Source of the DNA: Hydrolagus colliei
Lineage: Eukaryota
Assembly: GCA_035084275.1 (NCBI GenBank)
Contig: CM068756.1
Span: 1,178,001 to 1,242,000 of the forward strand
Reading direction: 5' to 3'
Length of the DNA: 64,000 nucleotides
The position numbers and the translations under genes were made by a program. The first letter of the stretch is position 1, and every line of letters starts with the position of its first letter. Of this stretch, positions 1 to 13,280 are shown in pieces. The notes beneath the pieces are model-generated. The model had not been told where the DNA came from. It was given only the letters and a program-made list of their open reading frames with translations, and did not search any database.

Positions 1-205
1 CAGTCTTTTGTCTTCATTTAGTATTCAGTCGGTGGGACTTGTTTTACAATCCCTTTTAATCTGGCAGTTAAACTTAAATCAGTTTTATCCTGTAAATCTG
101 TGCTCTGCTGGTAACATTTTCCATCAACTGCAATAGATTAAATTGGGGTAGGAGACTCTACACTGGTCAGTATCATCTATCCAATCAAAGGGTTAATCCC
201 TAGAC

Positions 206-251
206 CACCCCCCCACCCCCCCTGCCACCCCCCCACCCACCCCCACCCCTC
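206..251. repeat. C-rich low-complexity tract (G-quadruplex-capable on the minus strand)
   Basis: Runs of C3-C7 separated mostly by single A. Confidence 0.8.
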
Positions 252-3200
252 CAATCTACACCAAAAATATGGAAATGTAGGATAATTTTGACACTTCTGC
301 TTTATGAGATAGGATCTCACAAGTAAGAATTGTTTGAAACCACCCAAATTTAGAGCGAGTACCCCATTGGAGATTTAAACATTCACTCTGCGACACTACC
401 ATTTGCTCCCTTTAAAGAACAAAGAACAATTACTGGAGGCATTTGCTACACCAACGACTGCACCAAAGTGACAACCATCGCAACGCTACTTTGAGCGAAA
501 ACTCCAACATGGCTAAAAAAAATTACTCGCAATCCCCCCCACGCCCCCGCACCCCCCCACTTACAATGAATCAATGGAAGTTATTGCATTTGGTTCCTTA
601 TTGTTTCTGGTGACTGTCGAGCAACACAATCTTTTAAAATATATGTTAAAACGATCATAAGGCATAATGGAATAATTTTGATTAAATTCATCATTTCAAA
701 TTCTTTTGTGTTGTGTGATCGTATCAGCAATAATTTGGACAAAATAATATAGCTGGATTGAATTATAATACTCGTATTTGTTAGGTAGGCATGCATCAGC
801 CATTAGGCTTATATTGAAAGACTTCAACCCCCGCCTTCTCTTATTTGATCAAAAACTGCAAGGATAGGATAAGATAGGCCTGGAGCCTTGGGGCATTTTT
901 ATCTTGCTTTTACCACAAGGACAAAAACAGGTTCAAGTTAAATGTTCAAAGGGAAGCGCGACTATTAGGTTGAAAATGATTTTGCAAACATTGTATGAAA
1001 GAAAGCTGGAAGCAGTACGATAGGGAAAAATGTCCAAAATGTTTTAATTTTTTTTAGCTTCTTAGATGGACCGACTGTCAGGGAAAAAAAAAACCATTAC
1101 GTTCTCACACAATGAAATGAAATAAAACACTTTGTTATATTTTCCTGCTTCATAACCATGTGCCATACACGGCAATTTAAAGGAGATCAAAGGTCACCCA
1201 CTGGAACTATTTTTCATTTGATTCCATGACTGCTAATGACATTGCTCTGCTAAAGAAAAGGAGCAGTGAGGCAGGCACAAAATTGGTTTTGAAGTATTCT
1301 AAAATTAAAAATATATGCTCTTTGCATACGATTAAAGTACATGTCACGAGAAAGAAAAGACGATATAATAAAATATTTAAAAATGCCTCCATTCTTACTG
1401 AAAGTTATAGCTCAAAAATGAATTCATAATGTAATATGCATCTTATGATCCTTTGCAACTGACAATTTAGAATATTAACTCTGTACTGGATCAATATCCT
1501 TCTTATAATAACAGAAAGCATGTGACACATAATTAAAAGAATTGTGGTGGTTTGTGGTAAGGGAAGAACATTTTGCAGTTCTTTTGGAAAAACTGCTCAA
1601 ATAACACATTCTCATTTTGGAATGAGATGCGCATTTTTGTCTATTGCCAAACAAGACTCGATTGAAAGCTGAATAATACTATCCCAACTTCATTAAGTAT
1701 AACACCAGGTCGGAATCTAGTTCAACAAAGTAGCACATTCTTGCTGTTCACATGACATAGGAAAGATCACTTGAATTTCATTCTCACAGTAGAAACATCA
1801 TCTGAAATGCTGGCACTTCCTTGCTAATGCAATGTGTATTATTCCAGACAGATTAAATATGGTTTTTGAAAGATGCGGCTACTGTGCTTCATTCAGTTAT
1901 TTGCAATTAGATCTTATCATATTAATGCAAGGTGCGTGACCTAGTGACTGGGCAAGGCTCATAGATTCAAGGTTAGATAAAGATAAAATACAACACAATA
2001 ATAATCTCCAGGGGATTCTCGTACATCCCTGAGGTGTGAACCAAGAAACATTACATTGGAACTGAGTTATAAACAACAGTTTGAAATGAACAGTGCAATT
2101 GTGTTTACTAACCAGGAATGTGTGGAAAATTGAAATTGAAATGATTATTAGTTTGAGAAACCATTTGATAGCAACTGCAAATAAAAACAAAATAAAATAA
2201 AGCGGAATCTTTGTATGAAAGCCCATTTTAATTATTTATTCAGCAATTCAATCCCCCCCACCAAACTTAGATCTTACTAGGGAAATATCCGGTTGGTGAA
2301 TCACCGTGCTTTAACAAGGTGAGATTTATCAAACAATTGACTGTATTTAGTGTGCTGCGCCATTATGAACTTGACTAAACAGGGAACACTTTTCACCTGG
2401 AAAAAGACTTTACGGAAGATAAATTAATATATTTTGTGGGCAAAATAGTACAGATTAGGAATAGAAGTGGTTTGGCACTTTGAAATGTTAATGCTAGAAC
2501 AGGGATGTATTCAGATGCCATCGGTGACAATAAGAATCAACAACGGTACCAAATTAAAGGTACTATTCATCAGGCATTTCACCTATTTCTCCGGCAAACG
2601 GGGATTGAATTGTACCAACATTCACGAATAACACGAAACTGCCATTTTCAGAAAGCTTTGGCTGAAGTGCCTGTAACAAGTCAGCAAATGAAAATGATCT
2701 AATGGCCGCAGCAATAACATTAATTCATTTGAAGGCTGCGTGGGGGTTTAAACCAGCAGGCTACAGTTTTTCAGTTATATGGTGGCTTTGGAGCCACAAG
2801 GAAGGCTGTGTCTGCCAAAATACAGCTTTGATGTACTCGAAGTCTTAATTTCTGAGGTCACGAGCCACGGGGACAACTATTTAGCTGTATATGTATTAGA
2901 TTGTCCCAGAGAGACCACAGCAAGATTGCAACAAGATCTGGCAGGATATAACTACCAAGGTCAACCCGGTCTCCAGAGCCAAGGGGTCTGTGAAAGAAAT
3001 CAAGTCCTGTTGGGTAACCTCGTGTAGTGTAGCACTCTGAAGACTAAGTGGCAAATTTGGTATATTTGCCATGAAATACAGGAGGACCCAAGGACAACGT
3101 CTCGACCGAAGATCCAACTCCAGGCCGGGCACCTCTAACCACTTTAGCGAATGGAGTCATTTTGACAGTGTAGAAATACCACACCGGAGAATACGAACAT

Positions 3201-3446
3201 AACTCAGGGTCGAGATTTACTCAGTCTATGTGGCATTTTTTTAGAGTGTCCATAATTTGACACATTCTTAAATTATACCCAAGTTTTAATTTTCAAATCT
3301 TGGAAGTGAAGAACGAATGCAGCAATTTGGGAAGTTCCGGTGGAGTTTTTCCCACAGCTAAATGCTGCTGCCAATTATTTCTAAAATGAATCCCAAACCC
3401 AGGATTTTCAGGTCATATCTCAGTCGTGGCAATTTCATGTGGAGCC

Positions 3447-3652
3447 ACGCAGCGAGTTATTCGCATCTGAAATACATTGCCTGAAAGCGCGGTGGAAGCC
3501 GATTCGGTGATAGGTTTATTTCAGGAGGAAAAGTTTGCAGGGCTATGGGGAGAGAGTGGGAGGGTGGGATTGATTTGCACAGCTCTTTTCAAAGAGCTGG
3601 CGCAGGCGCGATGGGCCGAATGGTCTCCTTCTGTACTGCAATGACTCTATGA
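3447..3652 (+). mobile_element. CR1-type LINE 3' end (ORF2 C-terminus remnant plus 3' UTR)
   Basis: Reads TQRVIRI*NTLPESAVEADS, like the CR1 FFTQRVV.WN.LP motif. Followed by the shark-type UTR tcaaagagctggc...gatgggccgaatggtctccttctgt...tctatga. Confidence 0.85.
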
Positions 3653-3901
3653 TACTTAATTGCTCACCAGACCTGTGGTTACGGGGAGCATGACATTTTG
3701 CTAATTGACAATTATGGATTGTGATCCATGAGTTTGAAGTCCAGTGTTAGAGACATGTCTTCTTCCTGCTTCCCCATTGACAATATCATCAGGCATTTCT
3801 GCCTCTGACGTATTTGACGTGAGAAATGTCACATGGGTTACAAACAAAATTTCACCCTATAATCTTCATAAAAGAGGTTTTTAAGGTGGAGGTGGGGTAG
3901 G

Positions 3902-3957
3902 GGGAGGGAGGGAGGGAGGGAGGGAGGGAGGGAGGGAGGGAGGGAGGGAGGGAGGGA
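3902..3957 (+). repeat. (GGGA)14 microsatellite
   Basis: Perfect tetranucleotide repeat. Confidence 0.97.
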
Positions 3958-4086
3958 TAATATCTCTCCATTGATTTAACTAAGAGGAATTTAAATTGTC
4001 ACTGGAAGTTAACTACAATCCAAGAGGCAGGTCAGCCCACATCTCAAGGTGTGTTGTCCCTTTCCACATGACTCGAATTGTCAAGC

Positions 4087-4155
4087 ACAACAACGAAACA
4101 GCAAATGACATTCGGATAGCGCCTTTCATGTCAGGAGGACGTCCCAAAGCACTCC
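4087..4155 (-). mobile_element. Short L2-type 3' tail ((TTG)n class)
   Basis: Reverse complement gtgctttgggacgtcctcctgacatgaaaggcgctat matches the 3' end of the L2 at 58.5 kb. Confidence 0.8.
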
Positions 4156-7100
4156 AGGGAGGAAGCTCTCCAATTACAGTCTGCTGCGCGGAACTGAAGT
4201 GATAAGCACAGATTTTATTTTCACATTACAGCGGACAATGGCGGATCCCGGCAGAGAATTTTTTCTTGTAGCTCTCGCGTGCTTTACGTTATGTCACAGA
4301 ACTAATGACGTACACCGGTCTTTGTGATTTACTTCTGGAACGAGCGGACTTTCTGGGCATCACCTCCATCTATTACAGCTGCCACAGAGTGACGAGGTCG
4401 GACATTAGATGTGGGAACTGAAGGATTCGCAGCAAAGTCATCCCATTTCCCCGCAGCTCAATAATTCTGACCTCATAATTTGGGGGAAATATCTTTTGCT
4501 TTAGGTGATTTCTCAGGCTCCTGGGATTCTCTTGGCAACAGTCGTACCTCAAAGTCTCAAATAACTGCAACCGATGATGAATTTCAACAGGTTTCTTCTT
4601 TGCGTTGAGTCGTGGAGCATTTGCACAAGCTCCGTGACGCTCTGATACATTGGGTTGTACTGGAGGCTGCAATGGCCCTGAGAGAGTAATTCCCTGTTTT
4701 AGGATTATTAGCAAGGAGACCAGTCACCCCTCCAGAGAGGTGAGAGGCAGGACACAAAACATAATTTTGCTGTAATAAAGTGCCCTCTGCTCTCATAATA
4801 GTTCTTGTTAAAACTAGATTATAAGAATGCAATAAATAGCACAAATTACTTTGAAAAGTAATATTTAAGTAGCAATTTGCAGCCCAGCAAAGATCAGCAA
4901 ACAGCGCGTGCATACTAAATTTCAATAAATCACGTACAAATTGATGGCTCAACTCGGAGTCAACTCAGGAAATGACTATTTTGCAGGGAAGAAAAAGATG
5001 TAGAACCACACTTTGGTTTTGAAGATGGAGGAAGAAACAAATGGAAATCCCTCCCTATCTGTTTGTGGCTTACCCTGTACCAAGTTCATCTAGTTCTTTC
5101 AGATAACACTTTATAAGTTTTACTCTTACCAATGATTGTGTTTTCTGTTCAGGTGAAAGCAAAAACGCCAACCACGCGCATTTATATTGAACCCTTCACA
5201 CGGCAGCGTCTCCGAGCGTGGGGGGGCTTCACGCTGAGCCGGGGAGAGGGGCGGGGGGGGGGGGGGGGGGGGCAGGTGACCATAGTCACGGTCAAAGAGG
5301 AAGCTCCTCAGGTGCAATTTGGTGACAGACAAAGAGGGAGCAAGGCCGGAGAGAATCAAAACAACCGCTGTATATAACAAGGACGTTAATCGAAATCCAT
5401 TGATGTCTGAAAGTCCTGGCAAATTTGTATTTGTGACCTCAAGAGGTAAGTCATGGCATTGCCAAAGAAAAGCAAGTCATACTTCAAAACCCACTACACT
5501 ACCCACAGACAGTAGGGGGGGACATGTGAGACTTTGTCAGCGAAGCTTCATCCAGGCCTTTTGGCTTGATGCACAATGTTAGATTGCGGCTCCTGCAATT
5601 CCTGTGTTACTGACAGAAATGTCAAGGTCTGGAATAAGGACAGGAAATTCTTCTGAAGCCTGAAATTATCCAGCGTAATTTGGTCAAATTCTTCAATTCA
5701 GTCAGCCGTTGGAAGCCTGGAATCATCAATTCTTAACACAAACTGGAGGAAAACAATTTTGAATTAATTACAAATCAACTGAGGAATTTTTGGAAATTCC
5801 TCACAATCTTAAATTGTAAGAGAATAGAAGTTTGAAGGCTAAAGCCACGAGGAATTTCAGCCCTCAGATATTGCTGTGTGTATGATCTTTTAGAGGAGCA
5901 ACAGTTTGGGGACATCTCTCCACGTTGTGAGATGGACTCGGCAATCCTCATCCAGTACACTAGAGCTACACTGAGCACCCTTTCCAAGAGCAAGAAATAG
6001 CCTGCCAAAGCAACGTTCTCATATCTCATCACCAAACAACAAAGTTTTATGTGGAGCTCTCGTAGTGTGTTTATACTGCGCTTTTCATAATGGATTAACC
6101 ATAAGAAATGTGAGGGTTGAACAGCGCGATTTGAAAGCAAATTGCGCTGGGACCCAATTCCAAGCCAACCTTGAGGGATGGTTTTGACAACACATTGATT
6201 TGCGCCAATTCAGCACAAATGAACCTTGTTCGAATCTCTTCTGGCTCCATTCCCAAATGGTCCCGTGGAAAGTCTTGGGTGGCCAAATGGGCAGTTGTAC
6301 GACCAGATCCTTAATAACATTAATAACAGATATACTCTGCTGAGCCCAGGCCAATGTGATTAGGAGCGGGAACTATAAATCAGGTTTCCAGCTTCTAATT
6401 GCTTTACTGCTGGAAGCGATATCGCTTTGCTTCTAGCAGTATAAACAGGGCATGAAGTTGACTACTGTGACAAATAGGACCAATCATTTTTTGATTTTCC
6501 ATTCTTCCATGAGTTTTTCTAGCCATCTTCAGTGTTTTATTGCTCTAGCAAAAGCTGGATTAAATGTTGTCTCAATGCTCTGGCTATTCATTCAGTGCCA
6601 AGGCAAGAATTAGAAATGCACTAAACATACCATTGCAATGATCAGTTTACATCTGTAGTCCCTCTCTATGGAAATTCAAGTTCAACTGTGAACCATGATC
6701 AAAATAAAAAAGGACCTATCTTTTTGATCACTACTGCACGTTGCAAGCAATTTGAGCGCTGTCTGTTTAATCTTGGTGTTGATTTAAATGATGCATCTCC
6801 ATGTTGTTTTAGAAAGGATTTTTATTTTGTTTCTGTCTCAATGAATTAGCTAATAAAACATACCAAATAAGCAGGTATGACAATTGTGGCATCTAAAGTA
6901 ATATTACAAATAAGGAAGGTGAGGAAGGAGGGTTGGGGCTACGGTTTTAAAGCTTTAAATAACCTGCCTGCTACAGCAAGATAACCGGGCCATTTCAGAT
7001 TTCCTAAGTAATAACAGTTATTTGCTTACATCGCCATATTTGTAACATGCACTCACTGATATTACTCTGCAAAAGGTCTGATACTGATAAATCAGATTAG

Positions 7101-8574
7101 TTAATTGATAAATTTTAGAAAGTCCAAATAAAAATCAGTTGCAATATTTACGTTTATGAGCTGGGAGTTCAAGCCACGATACAATCTGATGCTTTGGACA
7201 ATGAAACAAACCTTTATCCTTGTGGTCTTATAATACCGCACTGCATTACCCCGATCTCTTATAAATTCAGCATTTTTCTATGGATGTCCCTAAAATCTGT
7301 TAGAAACCTTATTTTTTTGTTGTTGAATAAACAAAGATCAAGTTTATCGTTGAAAATTCTGGATGATTTCATTAAGGTTACACTGTAATCTTTTATGTCG
7401 GTTTTTTTCACGGATGGTAAAATTTAACAGATCAATAGCAGTCAAAAACACTGACAGTCTCAAATGTGCAGACCTAACTAAAATGTGGAACATTCACAAA
7501 AGAATTGTGCATTAGAAACAGAAATAATGTTTTAAGTATGATTAGTTCATCTTGAGGGCACCTTGCATTCATTGTGAAAGGCCAGTAAATTACCTTTCAG
7601 CCTTTGAATTATTTCTGCAGATCCCATTACACAAGAAAAGAAGAAGCAGAACAAATTTTATGAATTCCTGCATCCAGCTGTCTAGGAATCTGCCGAAAAG
7701 TACAGGCAATAAAAGATGCATTTGTTTGCCATTCATCATGTTGTCATCCTCCGATGCAGATATTGGATAAATGATCTGCAATGGGGCAGCTGGCTGCTGA
7801 TTACACACATTCACATATTCCCCAACAAAAAAAAGGCAATTCTTCCCCTAAATCATCAACCATTGGATTTATTTTCATATCACATCCATCACTGTGACTG
7901 GCAGATTTTCAGCAACAGAAAGGATGTGAAAAGATCCACCAACAGTGGTTTTGAGTTGAAATAATCCATTTTACATTTTTTTTTGTGTGTGTCTGCTGAA
8001 CATTTGCATAGTAGACAAACAGCAAAAAAAGATAGCTCTTCAAGTGGGCAACTGGAAATGCTGTCATAAAGAAAGCAGCTAGCAAATGATTAGTTGGCAA
8101 TAAATCTTCAACTATGTTAATGTGAGGATTTGGATAAATTTGCCTAGAAAATACATAACCAGTACAATTCACAGTAAAGTGTTTTGAGACATTCAATGGT
8201 ATAATAAGCCTCAGCAAATGCAAATATTATTATATCCACATGTGTGTTTTTGTAGTTTAGTTCATATCCAAGTTTGCCTGCAAAAAAAGCTCGATCACTG
8301 CCTATTGCAAAAGGATTAATTCTTTTGGGGAGATTCTGCCAATCCTACAGGAAAACAATGATTTCTCCCCCCAAATTCATCCAATTTAAGTGGGACTAGC
8401 AGAATAATTTTTAAATATCGCATAGAATGCATTGTTGTTTGAACTCACAGCATAGGTCAAGAATTCAGTGCGATGCTGGGGTGGGGGGTGCTGTATTTGT
8501 TGCAGGTGCCATTCTCCAGATGTTAGTTGGATAGCGGTTCGCTTTCTGGGAGTAATAATCCCTTTTTAAAAATC

Positions 8575-8746
8575 TGGTCACTGAATCCATGATTGTTTGT
8601 GAGACATTCACTGCTATGTGTAAGCGGCTGCTGTGTTTCTCCCACAAAATACAGTCACTACACTTTTCAATATATTATGTGAAGTGCTTTGAGATTCCTC
8701 AATGACGTAATAAGGCACGATGTCAAATTTAAGGATTATTATTATT
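8575..8746 (+). mobile_element. Deu-domain SINE, 3' half
   Basis: tgtttgtgagaca...ggctgctgtgttt...gtgaagtgctttgaga...aaggattattattatt; matches the full copies in this window. Confidence 0.85.
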
Positions 8747-9543
8747 AAACTGGGATACCGTCTAATGCTACAAATCTTCAGACGTTTAGTCATGTTAAAA
8801 CAAGTTGATATGTTCCTTCATAATTCCGCAGAACACAGACAAAAATTCTTTATGGGAAATTCTGACGGGAAAGAAAGGAGAATGACATGTTTGACATTGT
8901 GTAGGTATCAGTCTTTTATGCATACAAAATACTGTTATGACTACTCTTTGCAAGACAAATAAATATAATCCCCCTAAAGAACTCTTTGAATATTGCGGAA
9001 TCAATGTATATATTCACAAATGCTCTGGAGAGTAAGCTCCTTCATATTCCAGTCTGCTACTATATCTTTTCAAGGATGCATTCCCCTTGAAAGAGACCTC
9101 AATACAAGAGCTGAAGGGATTTGTTTGCTTCTGTTTGCAGTACAGGTGCAGTGTTTTTTCCATAAATCTAATTAAAAAAAACTAATTTACATGAAAACCC
9201 CTTTAAAAATCCTAATGTATTTGCTCAAAAATGTTCACATATTCCTTTACAAAAATTAGATAGACAGCAATGATCCCACACACTTCAGAAATAAAGAAAC
9301 CCCCAAAATTCAGACTGTATTTGTACTAATCATATATCATCCATTTTGATCATAATGCTATGAACTCTGTTATGAAACTGGAGCAAGCAAACTGATTTCT
9401 AAGCATAATTAACATATCACAGCAACACATTATTGAAGTGATTGAGTTGCTTAAAACTGTCAAACACAATACTTTACCGGTAATAACTTGGTGCAGGATC
9501 AGAGGGGCAAAATCCTTATAGTAAATTTCTATCCATACATAAT

Positions 9544-9600
9544 ATAATAATAATCCTGGCATTTGATATAGTGCTTTATCATGTCAAATAGCTTCACAGA
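9544..9600 (-). mobile_element. SINE 3' tail fragment
   Basis: ataataataatcctggcatttgatatagtgcttt is the reverse complement of the SINE tail. Confidence 0.75.
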
Positions 9601-9689
9601 ACAAAACAAGCAAGATAATACTGGAGTTTAGTAATTTTCTAAATTAAGAGTAAACTTTAAGGAAGTTGAATTCTTTTCATTGGAAAAGT

Positions 9690-9965
9690 GGTAACTCGAT
9701 AGAGGTTTTGAAGATTATGAAGGGGCAGGGCAAATTGTTCAATATTTTGAAGATTTCAAACACCAGGGGACAGACTCACATTAAACCTTAAGAGTAAGAA
9801 GGGAAGGCAGAAACTTTTCACACCGACTTGAGAAATATGTTGGCCAGGAAGACCACTGAAGGAGGCAATATTAATGGGTTAAAGAGAAGACTAGGCCTGG
9901 TTATTGTTTATGGTGTCAATCTGGAAGTGAATCGTGGGGCGCTTCAATGGCCTTACTATCTTAAT
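9690..9965 (+). mobile_element. Old CR1 LINE 3' fragment
   Basis: gatagaggttttgaagattatgaagggg (IEV.KIMKG), caccaggggaca (TRG), aacttttcacac, and a degenerate aatggcct terminus. Confidence 0.65.
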
Positions 9966-11621
9966 TTATTTCAACACAATTTACGCATGCTGTCAAGTCC
10001 AGTGCAAATGTATACACTCACATTCAGAGAGCTTGCATTCAAAACACAGCATCCCTACTGTAGATATTTTGACTCATATTCAAACTCCGTAGATAATTTC
10101 ACAGAGACTTGGCTACAACACAGGGAAAACCTCATGGTGATGGAATGTTTCATCTTAGGGAAGAAACATTCAGCAATGGGACCCTGGAAGGATTCCCTCC
10201 TGTTAGTCAATCAGAGTTGCATTGATATTAGTCGTGGCGCAGATGGTCTTGTTCTCCCCTTTCTGCCAAATGAATACACATAATATAAGGCGTACATTCT
10301 GAAGGATTAGGATTCTTGGAAAATATATGAACTGAAGTATTCTTTTTGATGAACTAGTTCGAGACTCTCAAACCCCTAACCTTGAAGCAACAGCCTTGAA
10401 AAATTAACAATGTTCTCAAATTATATTCTTATTATATTTATTTATAAATAATGTGGGGTGTGGGTCTTGCCACATTTCATGACAGACTCAAAGTGATGTT
10501 ATATTGAAGTGAAATCCGTGATGTTGCATAATTCACGCCTCAGTGATTTCGCATTGAATGTGTGAATTCAAATTTCACTCCAACATGCAGATGGCATACA
10601 GAAACAAAAAGCTTTTTTGCTGTTTTAAATTGATGATAATAAGAATGGGAAAAATTGGTCTTTGCATATTTTCTTCAACGCGAAATCACATCCCTCTTAA
10701 GTGATAGATTATTTTCTCTTTATTTGAAAAAAATGAGAGAGCATCTCTTCTTGTCAGACTTTTCAGGGTGGATGAAATTCAAACCTGTCACAGATCAAAG
10801 TTACACAAAGCACTTTTGTAAAGAGAACTTTGATTTCTTTTACATGTTTAATGGGGACATTCGGAAAGTGGGAAAGTTCGATTTAAAATATAGGATTTGC
10901 ACAGTTTTTAATTATATAAATAATATAGAGTAATATAAATCCGAAAAATGAGATATATGTTTTTTGTATGGTCATTAATCAGTATATTTACCGTTTACTT
11001 CTTTTCAATTGTAGCTTCTCTCCCTCCTCTTCCACAATGTTTTAACCTTAAAAAGTATCTGTAAAGCATTTTACTGGGAACAAAGCCATCGTGAGGTTTT
11101 ATTTGACATTTGTCTAAAGATGAAATTACCTTCTTGGACTGTAGCAAATCTCTGCCCAAATCAACAGCCAAACAAGGTCGCTTTTATTGGGGAATTGTTT
11201 TTTCAAAGGAATTCAAATTCAAAGACCGAAGAGCATTTGAGTTGGCTGCTGGGAGATGCTTGCTTGTCGTTCAGGGATTCGTTCAGGGATTCTCACCTAT
11301 GGATTGTTGAGGAAGAGCCTGATCTTCACTCAACATTTCAAAGATCAGCGACTTTCCCATGTTGTGAAACACAGGCAGGAACACAAGATCTTTGCATTCC
11401 ACTGAAGGTCGACACGCAGTGATACTGTGGAAGGGCGTTGTACCCTTTCTCTGTGCAAACTGAAATAAACAAACACATCGCGGGTACGTTATTTCTGTCC
11501 TGCTACTTCTAGGTTTGGGTGGTCTCTGGTTTGTGGGATGAATAGGACAATGTTGCCCTGGCAGCATCCTTAGTGGATGTCTATTTGAATAACTGACGCA
11601 GCTCAGCTTCCTACAGTTTAT

Positions 11622-11729
11622 GCGCCTTCTCTTGTGCGACGTCCTCCTGATGTGAAAGGAGGACGTCCCAAGGCGCGTAGACAGTAGGAAGAGCGAGTAC
11701 GAGCGCAATTTTGTTGCTGCTGTTGTTGG
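11622..11729 (+). mobile_element. L2-type tail with internal fold-back inversion
   Basis: gacgtcctcct-gatgtgaa-aggaggacgtc (11-bp perfect arms, 11638-11667), then caattttgttgctgctgttgttg tail. Confidence 0.7.
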
Positions 11730-11819
11730 TGTAATGAGATGAACAGTGGAGATATATTTATAAACCAGGCACAAACGCAGCAATTGGCATAAATTGAGTG
11801 GCGGATCACTTTCCAGGGG

Positions 11820-12074
11820 GTAATAATCCCTTTAATAAACATTGGTCATTCAATCCATGCCTGTTTGTAAGACATTGCTATGTGCATTTGGCTGCCGTGT
11901 TTCACTCATAACATATAGTCAATTTACTTCACAGTATAGATTCATAGATTCATAGAATTTTATGGCACAAAAGGAGGCCATTCGGCCCATCTAGTCTGTG
12001 CCGGCTCTTTGAAAAGAGTATATTGTGTGAAACGGTTTGAGTGGCTCAATGATGTAATAAGGATTATTATTACT
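11820..12074 (+). mobile_element. Deu-domain SINE (5'-truncated), interrupted by a CR1 tail
   Basis: taataatccct...ggtcattcaatcc...ctgtttgtaagacattgct...ttcacagtata / tattgtgtgaa...aaggattattatt. Confidence 0.85.
11939..12016 (-). mobile_element. CR1 3' terminal fragment nested in SINE
   Basis: gattcatagattcataga terminal repeat plus aggaggccattcggcccatc...gccggctctttgaaaag. Flanked by AGTATA at 11933-11938 and 12017-12022. Confidence 0.88.
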
Positions 12075-13174
12075 ACAATACTATTATTAAGTGATGGCTG
12101 CTGAGAGGAGGCGGGTGCTACCATTATAATACAGCAGCTGATTGCACAATTCTCTCTACAAATGTCTTAGCTCAGTGCAGATTCAGGCTGTGGACCCTGT
12201 TTGCGAATCATACAGATGGTGAGGGAATGGTAGCAGAAGTCTGCCTTTGTTTGCAGACTATCACAGACTTCTCAGCAATGATGCTTCTGATTTTACTGGC
12301 TTTGTAAAGCGGAAACTGAAATTATTGTCCCGTGCAAAAGCAACGCATCTTCATCAGGCAAATATTTCCCAATGCACTACAGTATGGTGTTACACCGTAC
12401 CCTTTAATGTATGCATTTGATCTGTTTGATGAATTGCAAATTATTAATGCACTTGCAATGACAAAAATGCCCTGTGCTGTGCGCGCGAGTAACAATATAT
12501 GTTTGGTTATGACGGATGATCTAGAATCTATGACACCAAAGGTTTCTCTCTGAGCAAACAGTAATGAATAGGAACATGGCATGTCACATTTTTACTCTAT
12601 TCAGCATTTTGTGGTTATTCATAGCAAAAGTAATCCCATTTTATTAAACTGTTAATTATTTATATTTGTGCTCTCGCAGATTTATTAAAACATTAAATAA
12701 TAATTTGTAAACCCTGCGCGGCTAAACCTATAAGGCAAAGAAAATAGGAAGCTATATAAATATTGAACAAAAATATAGAAATCGCATCAAACTACGCTGA
12801 TGTAGTCCATGAAAATGTATTCTTATAGCAATTGTGATTCAGAGAGGTGTGGGGGAGGATCACTTATCTGCAATGCACAATGTATCGCTTGACTTGAACC
12901 AAATATAGAACAAGATCCATTTCTGTATGGGTGCTTCCGCCAGGATGATTATTGATGTAAAACGTAGGTAAACTTCAAGTGGGTTGTTTAAATAACGATT
13001 TGCCAGAATCAAACAATCATGCACTCTGTTTAGCTGAAAAAAATCACTTTAAAGAATCTAGGAACACAGGAAGGCAGGAAGGTTGCTATCCTGGAAGACA
13101 AATCAAAAGGGAACTTCTTCATCCAAACCTCGTTTGAATCACAAGTACTCAAATTAACATCACTTATCAACATT

Positions 13175-13280
13175 TTTGCCCACAAAATACACATTTAATT
13201 CACTTTATATACAGTATATCCCCTGAAGAACTTTGAGACGTCTCGAAGACGTGATCAGGCACTAAATCAAATGCAAGGAT
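13175..13280 (+). mobile_element. SINE 3' fragment
   Basis: ttgcccacaaaatac...ctttgagacgtctcgaagacgtga...tcaaatgcaaggatt. Confidence 0.8.

Noticed and set aside
4548-4693. Minus-strand 146-nt exon candidate with one open frame
   Set aside because: Weak polypyrimidine tract, unrecognised peptide and no partner exons.
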